Assembly: GCA_003427395.1 (NCBI GenBank)
Contig: BFEA01000043.1
Location: 4,514,632 to 4,563,245, forward strand
Source: Chara braunii
Lineage: Eukaryota > Plantae > Charophyceae
DNA: 48,614 nt
Direction of reading: 5' to 3'
The translations under genes and the position numbers were made by a program. Positions within the stretch are counted from its first letter, which is position 1. Each line of letters opens with the position of its first letter. Below, one piece after another: positions 11,833-22,211 of the stretch. Below the pieces are notes generated by a model. That model had not been told where the DNA came from and searched no databases. It saw only the letters and a list, made by a program, of their open reading frames with translations.

Positions 11833-12591
11833 TTCTTTCCACAGTTGAAAACAGAAGTGGCTCGAATCAATGTATAGCGGATGTGGCTGCAGAGTACTAC
11901 CCTATTGGTTAATCGGTGCTGTCATTTTCGGCGAATTTTTCACCGAAACTGCCATATTTCCTGAATTTTTCTTTTTTTCCTTGTTTGGGCCTTCCATTAA
12001 CCATCTCTCCACACACTCCTCACTAGGTGGATGCTACCCTGCTACCCCCCTTTGCAACATCAACCTGATCAGGGTTGCTACCCAGGTGGATGCTCCTGAT
12101 TAGGGTTACCCCAATGGAACTGTTAGTTAGAAACAGATCAGGAGTTCGAATCTCGACGTAACCAGGTGGATGCTACCCTGCTACCCCCATCTGCAACATC
12201 AAAGTGCCTTCTGTCAAACACACAAAGTAGCGTTTATGCACGCGGAACGAGTGCGGATCTTACCAAAGAAGCTGGACTGAATCCCAAATTGATTGTCGAA
12301 ACTCTTAGCGCTGTTTGATCAGCACTTGTAATTAAGACCTGTGCCCTGTCTTCTTCTCTTCTCGCATATTTCGAAAGCGCTGTCACATGTGTAACGATTG
12401 CCATAGATGTCACATATGTCTCGGACTGCTGTCGCATTCCTGTTGTCAGAATGTTGCGGAGAGTCTGAGAGAGGCGAAGAGGGATACCATCGATCACGTT
12501 TATCGCATTGCCGTGGAGTCGAGCATGTCACAGATCTCGCAGACTGCTGTTAAAGTTTTCGGAGACGGTGCAGACAACAGATGGATTGCAG

Positions 12592-12663
<72 letters not shown>

Positions 12664-12835
12664 CAGTGGCGTGGAGCCGAGGATGTCACAGATCTGGCAG
12701 ACTGCGATTCAAGTTGTCGGAGACGGTGCACACAGCGGATGGATTGCACCACACAGGTATGTGTGTGCAGTCTGGAGTCTTTGGAGAGAAGCTGTAATAT
12801 TCTGGTCAGACTGTCACAGACTGTCACAGACCGCT
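11050..12835. repeat. Region dense in the (GA)TGTCACAGA motif (two blocks, ~11050-11640 and ~12380-12835)
   Basis: About twenty exact or near copies of TGTCACAGA with variable spacing. Confidence 0.7.
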
Positions 12836-12898
12836 TCTGTGGGAAAGACAATGTATGCAGAATGCTGCTTAGAGCCTTACAGGCTGATTGAAGTATTG

Positions 12899-13010
12899 TT
12901 GGCAGAGTGAAGACAGGGACATGAGTGAGGTTATATGCAGAAATTGGCAGAGTGAAGACAGCTGGAATGAAGAACGAGTCTGCAAATTGGCAGAGTGAAG
13001 ACAGGGATAT
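12899..13010. repeat. Three copies of TTGGCAGAGTGAAGACAG at ~44-bp period (minisatellite)
   Basis: Direct inspection; spacers 1 and 3 are related. Confidence 0.8.
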
Positions 13011-13242
13011 GCGTGTGAAGTGTTTTCCTACAGAGCATTGAAATTTGAATTTTGAAAATGAGATTTTTTTTTTTCTTTCCCCTGACCAAATCAGAAACAT
13101 CCTGCCCAGTGTCGACTCACAAAAGAGCTTTGACTTTAAAGACGTGTTCCTAAATTGTTCACGCGACTGTCGAGGACTCGTCCTCTGTGTTCTCCGTGCT
13201 CTGTGGAAGTGTCAAATGATGCATGATCTTTAATAGGAGGCT

Positions 13243-13303
<61 letters not shown>

Positions 13304-14320
13304 NNNNNNNNNNNNNNNNNNNNNNNNNNNNNNNNNNNNNNNNNNNNNNNNNNNNNNNNNNNNNNNNNNNNNNNNNNNNNNNNNNNNNNNNNNNNNNNNN
13401 NNNNNNNNNNNNNNNNNNNNNNNNNNNCCTATCAGTCAAAAAACATCCCGGGCAGACTGTCGATGAGTTGGTGAGAGTACGATGAAACAGTCTGGCACAG
13501 TCATGCTCCTTTTGTGGAGTTGTGTATCGCAACCATGACAAGGCACACACAATTCACACAAGAAGAAATAAAAGAGAAACCACAAAACAAGCCAAAGTAA
13601 GGCAAGTGCAAGAGAAGAAAGAAGTGCTCAATGAACCGGCGGCAATCCAACGGTTTTAGTATGTATCACGTTGTCGTCTATAGAAGATTTTTAAGGTAAA
13701 GCTGCTTGAATTCAGTATCTAGATAATAAGTACCTTAAGAGTCAAATGCAAGCACCGGCGGCTCAATTCTTAAGGGGATGACAGTTTACGACACTCACAC
13801 TGGTGTGCACTTGACACACGGCGGGGCCACCTGTGCAGCATTTGCACAACTAGCAGCCACTTTGAATACAAGCACGGCTGATCAGCCGCCGGCGCTTGCG
13901 TTTGACTCCCCCACTTCTAATCCACCTCGCCCTGATCGCCGCCTCACTCCAACTGACATTTAATTCACCCTCTGATTTGCCCCCTAGTGGAGATTATCTC
14001 CCTCAGGAACGCATGCCAGACCCAATGGAGGTAATACAGCCAGAGGGGTTTGACGGGGACTCTCAAGACTGGGATGAACCTCCCCCCGCGCATGCGATCT
14101 GTGGAATCAAATGATCTGATGGTGCAACAGTGAGGCCACTGTGCGGACTATGCCATTCATGTGTGCATCATTGCTTACGATCGCAACCCCTATACTGTTT
14201 GTGATTTTGCGGACATTGTCCGCTCGATGTAAGTGAAGCACCGTGCTGTGGACCCAGACGATGACAGTCCTGCGGCTTGCATGAACACAGAAGTACGGTC
14301 TATTGTTATGGCATTTATGA

Positions 14321-14587
14321 GAACTAGGGAAGATGATTGCAACTCCAGCGGGATAATGGCCGTAGGAGGCACTCGCACCCTATGGGAACTAGGGAAGATG
14401 ATTGCAACTCCAGCGGGATAATGGCGGTAGGAGGCACTCGCACCCGATGGGAACTAGGGAAGATGATTCCAACTCCAGCGGGATAATGGCGGTAGGATGC
14501 TCCACAGAATTACATTCCAGACATGGACCGGAATGTTCGGTTGGACATCTTGCACCCTGTGGGATAATGGCGGTAGGAGGCACTCGT
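14321..14587. repeat. ~65-bp tandem repeat (GAACTAGGGAAGATGATTGCAACTCCAGCGGGATAATGGC.GTAGGAGGCACTCGCACC), ~2.7 copies plus a partial copy at 14561
   Basis: Direct inspection. Confidence 0.9.
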
Positions 14588-14929
14588 CGGGAAATATTAC
14601 CTCTTAGGCTATTACTATCGCCAAGTGGCGGAATCGCACGCGGTCTGACCGGTTATACCACCGAATTAGACCAACACCGACCGGCCTGCCACCCGCCGCT
14701 CACCAACCCCCTGGCACCAGTCCCCAAACCTACCCGGAAGCCCTCTAAGCCATCCGCCCACACATCCCCCAACCCGCAAGGCCCCAGTTATGTGTGTGTG
14801 CAGGGGCGAGGTCCCATTAGCAGTCGGATAGGAGTGTGGACGATCCAGTGTGACACTGAGTGGCAGCGGCCTGACAGGTTCATTACGAATTTCTGGGCTG
14901 AGAAAACAGGAGAGGCAAAAAAAAAAAAA

Positions 14930-15230
14930 GGGAAAATTTTTGAAATGCCCCTGAAGTTTGCGTTTATTTGCGGCGTGCCCCTGTGAAGGCCGACTTACCC
15001 TGTTATGCCCCTCGGGCCTCTGAACTTTTCCGCAGGCCCCTGTCAGCACGGGGCGTAACTTTCCGATATGCCCTTACTGGGCCGCTGGTTGCATTTCGTC
15101 GGTCCATCCTTGAAATGCCCTCACGAGGGGCACACATCTTTCTGTGATGCCCTTGAGAAGTGGCGGCTGTACTTCTAATTCGAAAATGGTAGGTATTTCA
15201 CGCGTCTTCTTGGCGCCATCACCGGTGCAC

Positions 15231-15237
<7 letters not shown>
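14930..15237 (+). mobile_element. Left arm of a Mutator-like foldback/MITE related to 34989-36141
   Basis: Begins GGGAAAATTT after poly-A, has periodic GCCCCT motifs, and aligns with 34989-35270; the other end is not found (gap). Confidence 0.6.
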
Positions 15238-15273
<36 letters not shown>

Positions 15274-15582
15274 NNNNNNNNNNNNNNNNNNNNNNNNNNN
15301 NNNNNNNNNNNNNNNNNNNNNNNNNNNNNNNNNNNNNNNNNNNNNNNNNNNNNNNNNNNNNNNNNNNNNNNNNNNNNNNNNNNNNNNNNNNNNNNNNNNN
15401 NNNNNNNNNNNNNNNNNNNNNNNNNNNNNNNNNNNNNNNNNNNNNNNNNNNNNNNNNNNNNNNNNNNNNNNNNNNNNNNNNNNNNNNNNNNNNNNNNNNN
15501 NNNNNNNNNNNNNNNNNNNNNNNNNNNNNNNNNNNNNNNNNNNNNNNNNNNNNNNNNNNNNNNNNNNNNNNNNNNNNNNNNN

Positions 15583-15623
<41 letters not shown>

Positions 15624-15926
15624 ACAGCGACTGGCCACTCAGATGATGCTCGGTTGCTCTGCCACCGGCTGTCCCCTGGCCGGTGTCCCCCATTGGGGGT
15701 TCCCCGAAGGCAATAAATAAAGGCCACCCTGGGCTAAAAAGGCCACCCGATGTCCGATCAGACGCAATATTGAATTTACCTGGGCTGGTTAGTCCGATGA
15801 TAATACCTCAAGGCCATTTCATATCATCACTGGACTGGCCGGGCCCTGGCAATTTGGCTCGGTCCCTCTGCCACCGGCGATGATAATACCTCAAGGCCAT
15901 TCAATTTAATATCATTTTATTGAAAT

Positions 15927-16038
15927 TTATTCTGTTTGTCAGACTTTGTCTGAAGGTATCTGGATTGGATTCGAACTCGAGTCTGTATTTCAACAGTTCA
16001 GGGAGGTGTCAGGGAGGTGTACCAACTGAGCTAGCCCC
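15927..16038 (-). mobile_element. tRNA-derived SINE head (second copy)
   Basis: Minus strand GGGGCTAGCTCAGTTGGTA...CTGTTGAAATACAGACTCGAGTTCGAATCC; has an internal 11-bp duplication. Confidence 0.65.
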
Positions 16039-16230
16039 ATTGCTAATGCCCGGGCGCTCCATCTGTGGATCAAACAGATTAAACCTCATCAAACGTGTTT
16101 TATCCCCAATTTCTGACCACATACGTTCTAAACAAGAAAAGCACGTTAGCACGCCCCGTCCTTTGGAGCTTGCCCACCAACTGGACTGCGATGGCTGGGT
16201 GGCGCCTCATGATGCCAATGCCGTGTCGCC

Positions 16231-16303
<73 letters not shown>

Positions 16304-17417
16304 GGTGCACAGTGCAAATCCGATTTGGGAAAAGGAGGCCTGGGGCAAGGTCCCACTTGCGCAATTTATGAGATTTCGGCCGTTGATCTTTGTTTGCTAT
16401 CTACAGTCAGTATCTCTTAAAACTCGTGCAAGTGGGACCTTGCCCCTGGGAGCAGCTGTGGTTTAACTCTGTTTACTGGTCCTCTGATCTTTTTTTTTTT
16501 TTTACGGATCCTCTGATCAAACTCAACACTTTGAATAGCCGGGAGACGGTTTTTCAGGACGCTGCTGGGAGACAGTTTTTGGGACCGTGGACCCAGTTCT
16601 TGGGAGACAGTCTCCATCGGGTACAATGGTGATATCCCTGGAGTTCTTTCATAGAATACAGCCTTGGTCAATCGGCCCTGTTCTTTTGATTAAAACAAAA
16701 AGAAACAAAAAAAAACTTAAAGATTCTTCTTCTTCTTCCTCCTCCTCCTCCTTCCTCCTCTTCTTCTTCTTCTTCTTCTTCTTCTTCTTCTTCTTCCTCT
16801 TCCTCCTCCTCTGACACTTCCAACGAAGGGGGCCCTGCCAACAAGGCAGGGCGCTTTCCACGGACAGCTGACATTTGCAACGAGGCAGGGCCACTCTCAC
16901 ATGTACTCAAGATTCTGTATCCAGCTGCTTTTATGTCCAAAAGAGTTGTTAACGTTTTTGCTTCTTTTTTTTCTTTTTTTTTTTTTTTTCCGTACAGCTC
17001 AACCGTGTTTGCTGAGGGCCGTAACGTCAGTTGGGAGGTCAATCAAAATTTGTTTTTCTAGAGTTCCAAAAGCGCATATTCTCACTTGTGCCTAAGCTTC
17101 TGTATCCAGCTGCTTTCAAGTCCAAAAAAAAATAAAAAAATAGAAAAAGTGTGCTTTCCGGGGGCCTGGTTGCCATGGTGGGGGGCATGGTAGGTTTGCA
17201 ATTCCCATTGCCAGTTTAAAAAAAAAAAAAAAAGTGTGCTTTGCCGGGGGGTGGTTGGCAAGGGGGGGGGCTACTTCGATGATAAGTGAAGAGTTTGTTG
17301 TGTGGATGATGGACGTCAAGACGAGAGGGGGGAAAAAAAAGAGAGAAAAAAAAAAGAGAGATAAAAAGAGGAAAAAAAAGAGGTGCATCTGTGAAAAGCG
17401 TGCCAGCCTTAACCCAG

Positions 17418-17583
17418 GGCCGAGGTGCCACTAGCAAAAAGGATAGGATCGAGCTCCTGAATCTGGATGTGTTTTAAGCAGAGATGCAGAACAGCAGTTC
17501 AATCTCGATTTCCTGAACATCTCCATAAACTCGTCCAGATTCAGGCATTCGATCTGATCCTCTTTGCTAGTGGGACCACGCCC
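17418..17583. mobile_element. Harbinger/Tourist-like foldback MITE with a CAG target-site duplication
   Basis: ~65-bp imperfect TIRs (GGCCGAGGTGCCACTAGCAAAAAGGAT... / ...ATCCTCTTTGCTAGTGGGACCACGCCC); CAG on both sides. Confidence 0.7.
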
Positions 17584-18235
17584 CAGTTTTTACTGACGTA
17601 AAAGCATTGCCAACATCTGTGTGCCAGTGTGTGGGTTTCCCACAGAAATAAATAAATTAATTAATAAGAAATAAAGAGAAAGCCCTTCTCTAAGGCNNNN
17701 NNNNNNNNNNNNNNNNNNNNNNNNNNNNNNNNNNNNNNNNNNNNNNNNNNNNNNNNNNNNNNNNNNNNNNNNNNNNNNNNNNNNNNNNNNNNNNNNNNNN
17801 NNNNNNNNNNNNNNNNNNNNNNNNNNNNNNNNNNNNNNNNNNNNNNNNNNNNNNNNNNNNNNNNNNNNNNNNNNNNNNNNNNNNNNNNNNNNNNNNNNNN
17901 NNNNNNNNNNNNNNNNNNNNNNNNNNNNNNNNNNNNNNNNNNNNNNNNNNNNNNNNNNNNNNNNNNNNNNNNNNNNNNNNNNNNNNNNNNNNNNNNNNNN
18001 NNNNNNNNNNNNNNNNNNNNNNNNNNNNNNNNNNNNNNNNNNNNNNNNNNNNNNNNNNNNNNNNNNNNNNNNNNNNNNNNNNNNNNNNNNNNNNNNNNNN
18101 NNNNNNNNNNNNNNNNNNNNNNNNNNNNNNNNNNNNNNNNNNNNNNNNNNNNNNNNNNNNNNNNNNNNNNNNNNNNNNNNNNNNNNNNNNNNNNNNNNNN
18201 NNNNNNNNNNNNNNNNNNNNNNNNNNNNNNNNNNN

Positions 18236-18441
18236 NTTTTTTTTGACCTGGGGAGAGGCACCATCTATTGGTGGGGAGCATCACACCTGCTGGGAAATGG
18301 GCCCAGCGTCCCATATACAGATTGAATTTGATGCCTGCCAGCATTGATTACCCCGACCTCCAGGGGATTGACTGAGCAGGAAGCAGGGAAGGGGGGGACC
18401 TCTTCACCTTGGAACCGGCGCCAGATACCTATTGCTACACA
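18236..18441 (-). mobile_element. 5'-truncated LINE 3' end, near-identical to 22291-22482
   Basis: ~200-bp match to the 3' UTR of the minus-strand LINE; poly-T at the left end. Confidence 0.85.
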
Positions 18442-18639
18442 CTAGTTCTTCACCCCCCCCAATGAAAAAGGAAAAAGGAAAAGAAAAAGAAAAAGGAGTT
18501 CAGTGTATGTGGTCGGACTGGGGGCGACCGGGTTTTTTTTTGGGGGGGGGGGGAGGAATGGCCATTAACTCAGTGGGCAGAGCACCAGTTGGAAATGCGC
18601 GTTGTGGTCAAAACTGGGCAGCTGTACGTACGGACTCCA

Positions 18640-20470
18640 GTGTGCATGACCACTCGCACACCTTCCTCGGGTTGGCGCGTGGTAAGAAAAAAAGAAAAAA
18701 AAGAAAAGAAAAAAGGACTAGACACTGCCTGTACCACCCAAGGGGTTCAGTCCATAGTTGTCGTATGCTGGGTTTTAAGCTTGGAGAGCTCTGCCTGATG
18801 TTTCTCAGTCCATGGGCTGTGCTGATGATTATTGTTCATGCACTTGTCTCCCAGTCTAGTACAGCGCACAAGCAGACCTAGTTGTCATTGTACGGTCTGA
18901 GCTAGGGGCTGCATAGAAGAGGTTGGGGGTCTGAATCTGATCAGGCCAGGCAGAGCATATGTGCAAAGAGATAGTTGGGATGCAGGCAGGGATATTGTTG
19001 TGAGATCGATCACGTGAGTTGGTTAGTACGCGGCTCCGGCCTTGCAGAAAGTTTTTGTCACCACAAGGGAAACTCGGAGGTGCCGTGCGGTCTGGGGAGC
19101 CGTTGGAAAAAAAAATTGGTGCCTCTGGTTTCATGCTGACAACCACGGGCCTATGTGTGGTGTACTGGTGCTTTAAGGCCTTGTTTTCCGGGGGGCAGGG
19201 CCGTACGTGGGATGATAGGGGGGAGCTGTTAGTAGGGGGATTAGATAGGAGAGTCCCAGGGGGATAAACTAGAATAAGGCCCAGTCGATGGTAGACATGA
19301 GAGGGACGGATGGTAATCTAGTACGTACCATTGACTGATACCAGCCAGTGCTGTTCTGGACAAGGACTCTGGGGGGTTGGTCTTGCAGTAGGGGCTGTCT
19401 TAGGGATAGATAATGATGGGATAGCCTGCTTCCGACGTTGACAAATAGCCCAGGGCAGGGCTAGTTGATGATGGAGGAAAGGGTGATGGATGGTGGCCTA
19501 GTACGTACTGATGCTGCTCTGGATGATGACAACCTACAATATAGTGGCTGGAGGGTCTAGTTGATGACCGAGGCAAGGGGACGGATGGTGGCCGTAGACC
19601 CGCCAATGATGGAGGCTGTAACCAACAGCGATCAGAATAACAACAGTACGACCACAACAATGTGACCAGAGACGGGTCTAGGGGGACGTCTATAGGTAAG
19701 GGGAAGAGGAGGAGGGGAGAGGGGGGAGAGGGGATGGTGGTTGCCGTACATCTACTGATAATAGGTTGGAACCTCTAGGTTGCATTTACAATAGCAGTGG
19801 TACATACAATGAACAAGTCGACAAGATACGAGCAGAACAAGGAATAAAAATGGCTTGGGGGACAGTTATGGGTCCACCTATGGGACTTGAAGAAGAACGT
19901 CTACGCCTAGCGCTCGATGTTCCCATACGACAGGGTGATGGTCCTGAGTGCTGGTCACACTGAGGTAGGATAGTAGGGATAGAGGGTGCGCGAGGAGTAT
20001 GGACGCGAGGATGGGTTGGAAGGTAGCCTCACCTCGTCAGGACAACCATTGCCTGGCCTGGCAGCTGCCAGCAATCACCGTGTGTCTGGTCCTTGGCCTC
20101 CTCAACACCCTGGGCTTCAAAAAAAAAAAAAAAAAAAAAAAAAGACAGGGTTTGTGTGACTGTGCTTCAATCAGGGCTGAGCTGGGTAGGCCCTGCTCAG
20201 CCCTCGTGCCTACAACCACTGTCTGGTCAGGTCATTCCTGTGTCGATGATGGGTGGGTGATAATCCTCAGCGGTAAACACTGAGGTGGGATTGTGGGAGA
20301 GCAGAAGGGAGTCAGTCTCATAAGGAATAGGGACCTCTATATATAGGCCATCTCCCATCTCTCAAATGGCCGCCTACCGAAGGTGACTGTCATATGTCTA
20401 TAGCATGATAGCATGATTAGCATCCAACCTTCACAACAACCTGGGCTTAAAAAAAAAAAAAAAAGGGTTG
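18640..20470. repeat. Unclassified repeat with internal tandem duplications; 18715-18945 is homologous to 28105-28325
   Basis: Shared ACCACCCAAGGG..TTCA.TCCAT and CTAGTTGTCATTGTA motifs; repeated GGATGGTGGCC and CTGGGCTT(A)n units. Confidence 0.5.
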
Positions 20471-20564
20471 CAACTTTGAAGTCTGAAGAAGATTCATGCC
20501 AGATGTTTTTGGGAAATCTTTTGTTTTTTTAACTTTTTTTGTTAAACAAATTAAAGCTTTTGTA

Positions 20565-20812
20565 TTAAACCACCAGTACTTGGCCCAGCTATCGGCCATG
20601 GAAAAAAAAAAAGAGTAGAAATGTTTCTAGTCGGTTGAATTTGGGCGCTCCTGTAGTGGCCTGTACGTTTCCTAAACCCGTGGCTTGTTAAAAAAAAGAG
20701 TAGAAGTGTTTCTAGTCGGATGAATTTGGGCGCTCCTGTAGTGGCCTGTACGTTTCCTAAGCCCGTGGCTTGTTAACGGGCCGCACGACTTTAGGAAGTA
20801 CTGGTGGTTTGA
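20565..20812. mobile_element. TTAA-flanked MITE (TIR ACCACCAGTACTT) with an internal ~85-bp duplication
   Basis: TTAAACCACCAGTACTT...AAGTACTGGTGGTTTGA; homologous to 32894-33051 and 33762-33919. Confidence 0.85.
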
Positions 20813-21162
20813 TAAGACTGGAAAATGGTTCCAGTGTTCCTTACATGTGTTACACACATCACCCTGCCCCTTGTTATTGTCAAGGGCCCCAGATTCAGTG
20901 CCATTGATTACGTCCTGAAAAAGGAAGGACGTTATACCGCTCCACCTCTGTTCCGTAGACTACCGTCTTCACCCGAATTGAAAGCCTGGTCATTCTAGCT
21001 GCACTTGGAAAAACTTTCAGTCCGCATGATGTGATAATGTCCGGGTGTTCTGTTCGGGGGAAGATGGTGGTCTCATCTCTGGCTATAGCCACCCTCCCTC
21101 TTCTTTCAGTTCCAATCACCATAGTTCAATTCTTAGTCCAAACACGAAAGGATACCCTTCTC

Positions 21163-21249
21163 TTTTTTTTTTCTTTTTTTTTTTTGGGACAAAGAGCTCC
21201 AATCTATTCGTGGGGAGCAACACGTGCTGGGAACCGGGCCCAGCGTCCC
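21163..21249 (-). mobile_element. 87-bp LINE 3'-end retro-insertion with poly-A tail and 17-bp TSD
   Basis: GAAAGGATACCCTTCTC (21146-21162) and GAAAGAATACCCTTCTC (21250-21266) flank poly-T plus the conserved 3' motif. Confidence 0.85.
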
Positions 21250-21914
21250 GAAAGAATACCCTTCTCGCTTACACGTTGCATTGACATTGGATGAAAATAT
21301 TTTTTACTCATTTTTTCAGAATTTCAATTTAAAAAAAATCTTCGGTGAAAAATTCGAAAAAAAAAAGTATGTTGTACAATATTGCAATGCAAACAACTTT
21401 TGCTTGAGGGTCTTGGTGAAATTCCAAACCAAATTTGAGATAAAAATAGAAACAATGGCGGTACTACAGGCTTTCGAAAAGTTATACCCTGAGGACTGCT
21501 GGCCAAAGTGGACCCTATCTGGGTTCTCCCTCTCAGCCCACTGTTGCAGGCTACTGGGATGAGCAATTGAACCGCCAGTTCACCGGAAGCAGAGTACTGC
21601 TCTTGCCGGTTGACTTGACCAGAGCATTTTGATTCTGGCTTGGGCTGGTAGCCTGGTAGTGGCAGGCCAGTTTGAAAATGAGCAGCTGCTGGCTAGCGAG
21701 CCTTGGAAGGTATCTTCGTCGCGCATGTGAACTCATGGCTTTACACCAGACTGCCTTGTGGGGGGGGGAGGGGGAACAATTGAGACCAGACTGCCGGGGG
21801 GCAACTTTCCCCCCTCCCAATATAATCTGCCACCTAAAGGCTCCCCCTCATAAGAAAATATGTTCTCCTCCCTCATGGAGGCAGTGTGTTGACAATTCAC
21901 TGTCTATCCAAAAC

Positions 21915-22198
21915 TTTTTTTTTGTTTTTTTTTCGTTCTTCTTTTTGGGGAACAAGGCTCCAATCTATTGGTGGGGAGCAGCACGTGCTGGGAACCGGGC
22001 CCAGCGTCCCATATGGAAATTTACATAGACTTTGAAAATTGAGACACGGGGGCCATTACCCGGCCTTGTCTAAGAAAAATTGGAGCGACTTAGGAAATTA
22101 CTAGGACAAACTTCAGAAATAGACAAACTTCAGAAAAAGACTCAGGAAGCCCCCATCAGTCCTCTTTACCTCACTCCGGCAAGACTTACTGCGGCAAT
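21915..22198 (-). mobile_element. 5'-truncated LINE 3' end with probable TSD TGTCTATC(C)AAAAC
   Basis: Poly-T, conserved 3' motif at 21956-22013, flanking repeats at 21901-21914 and 22199-22211. Confidence 0.7.
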
Positions 22199-22211
22199 TG
22201 TCTATCAAAAC

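Noticed and set aside
12899-13010. CRISPR-like repeat-spacer pattern
   Set aside because: Only three 18-bp repeats, spacers related to each other, no cas genes, eukaryotic context
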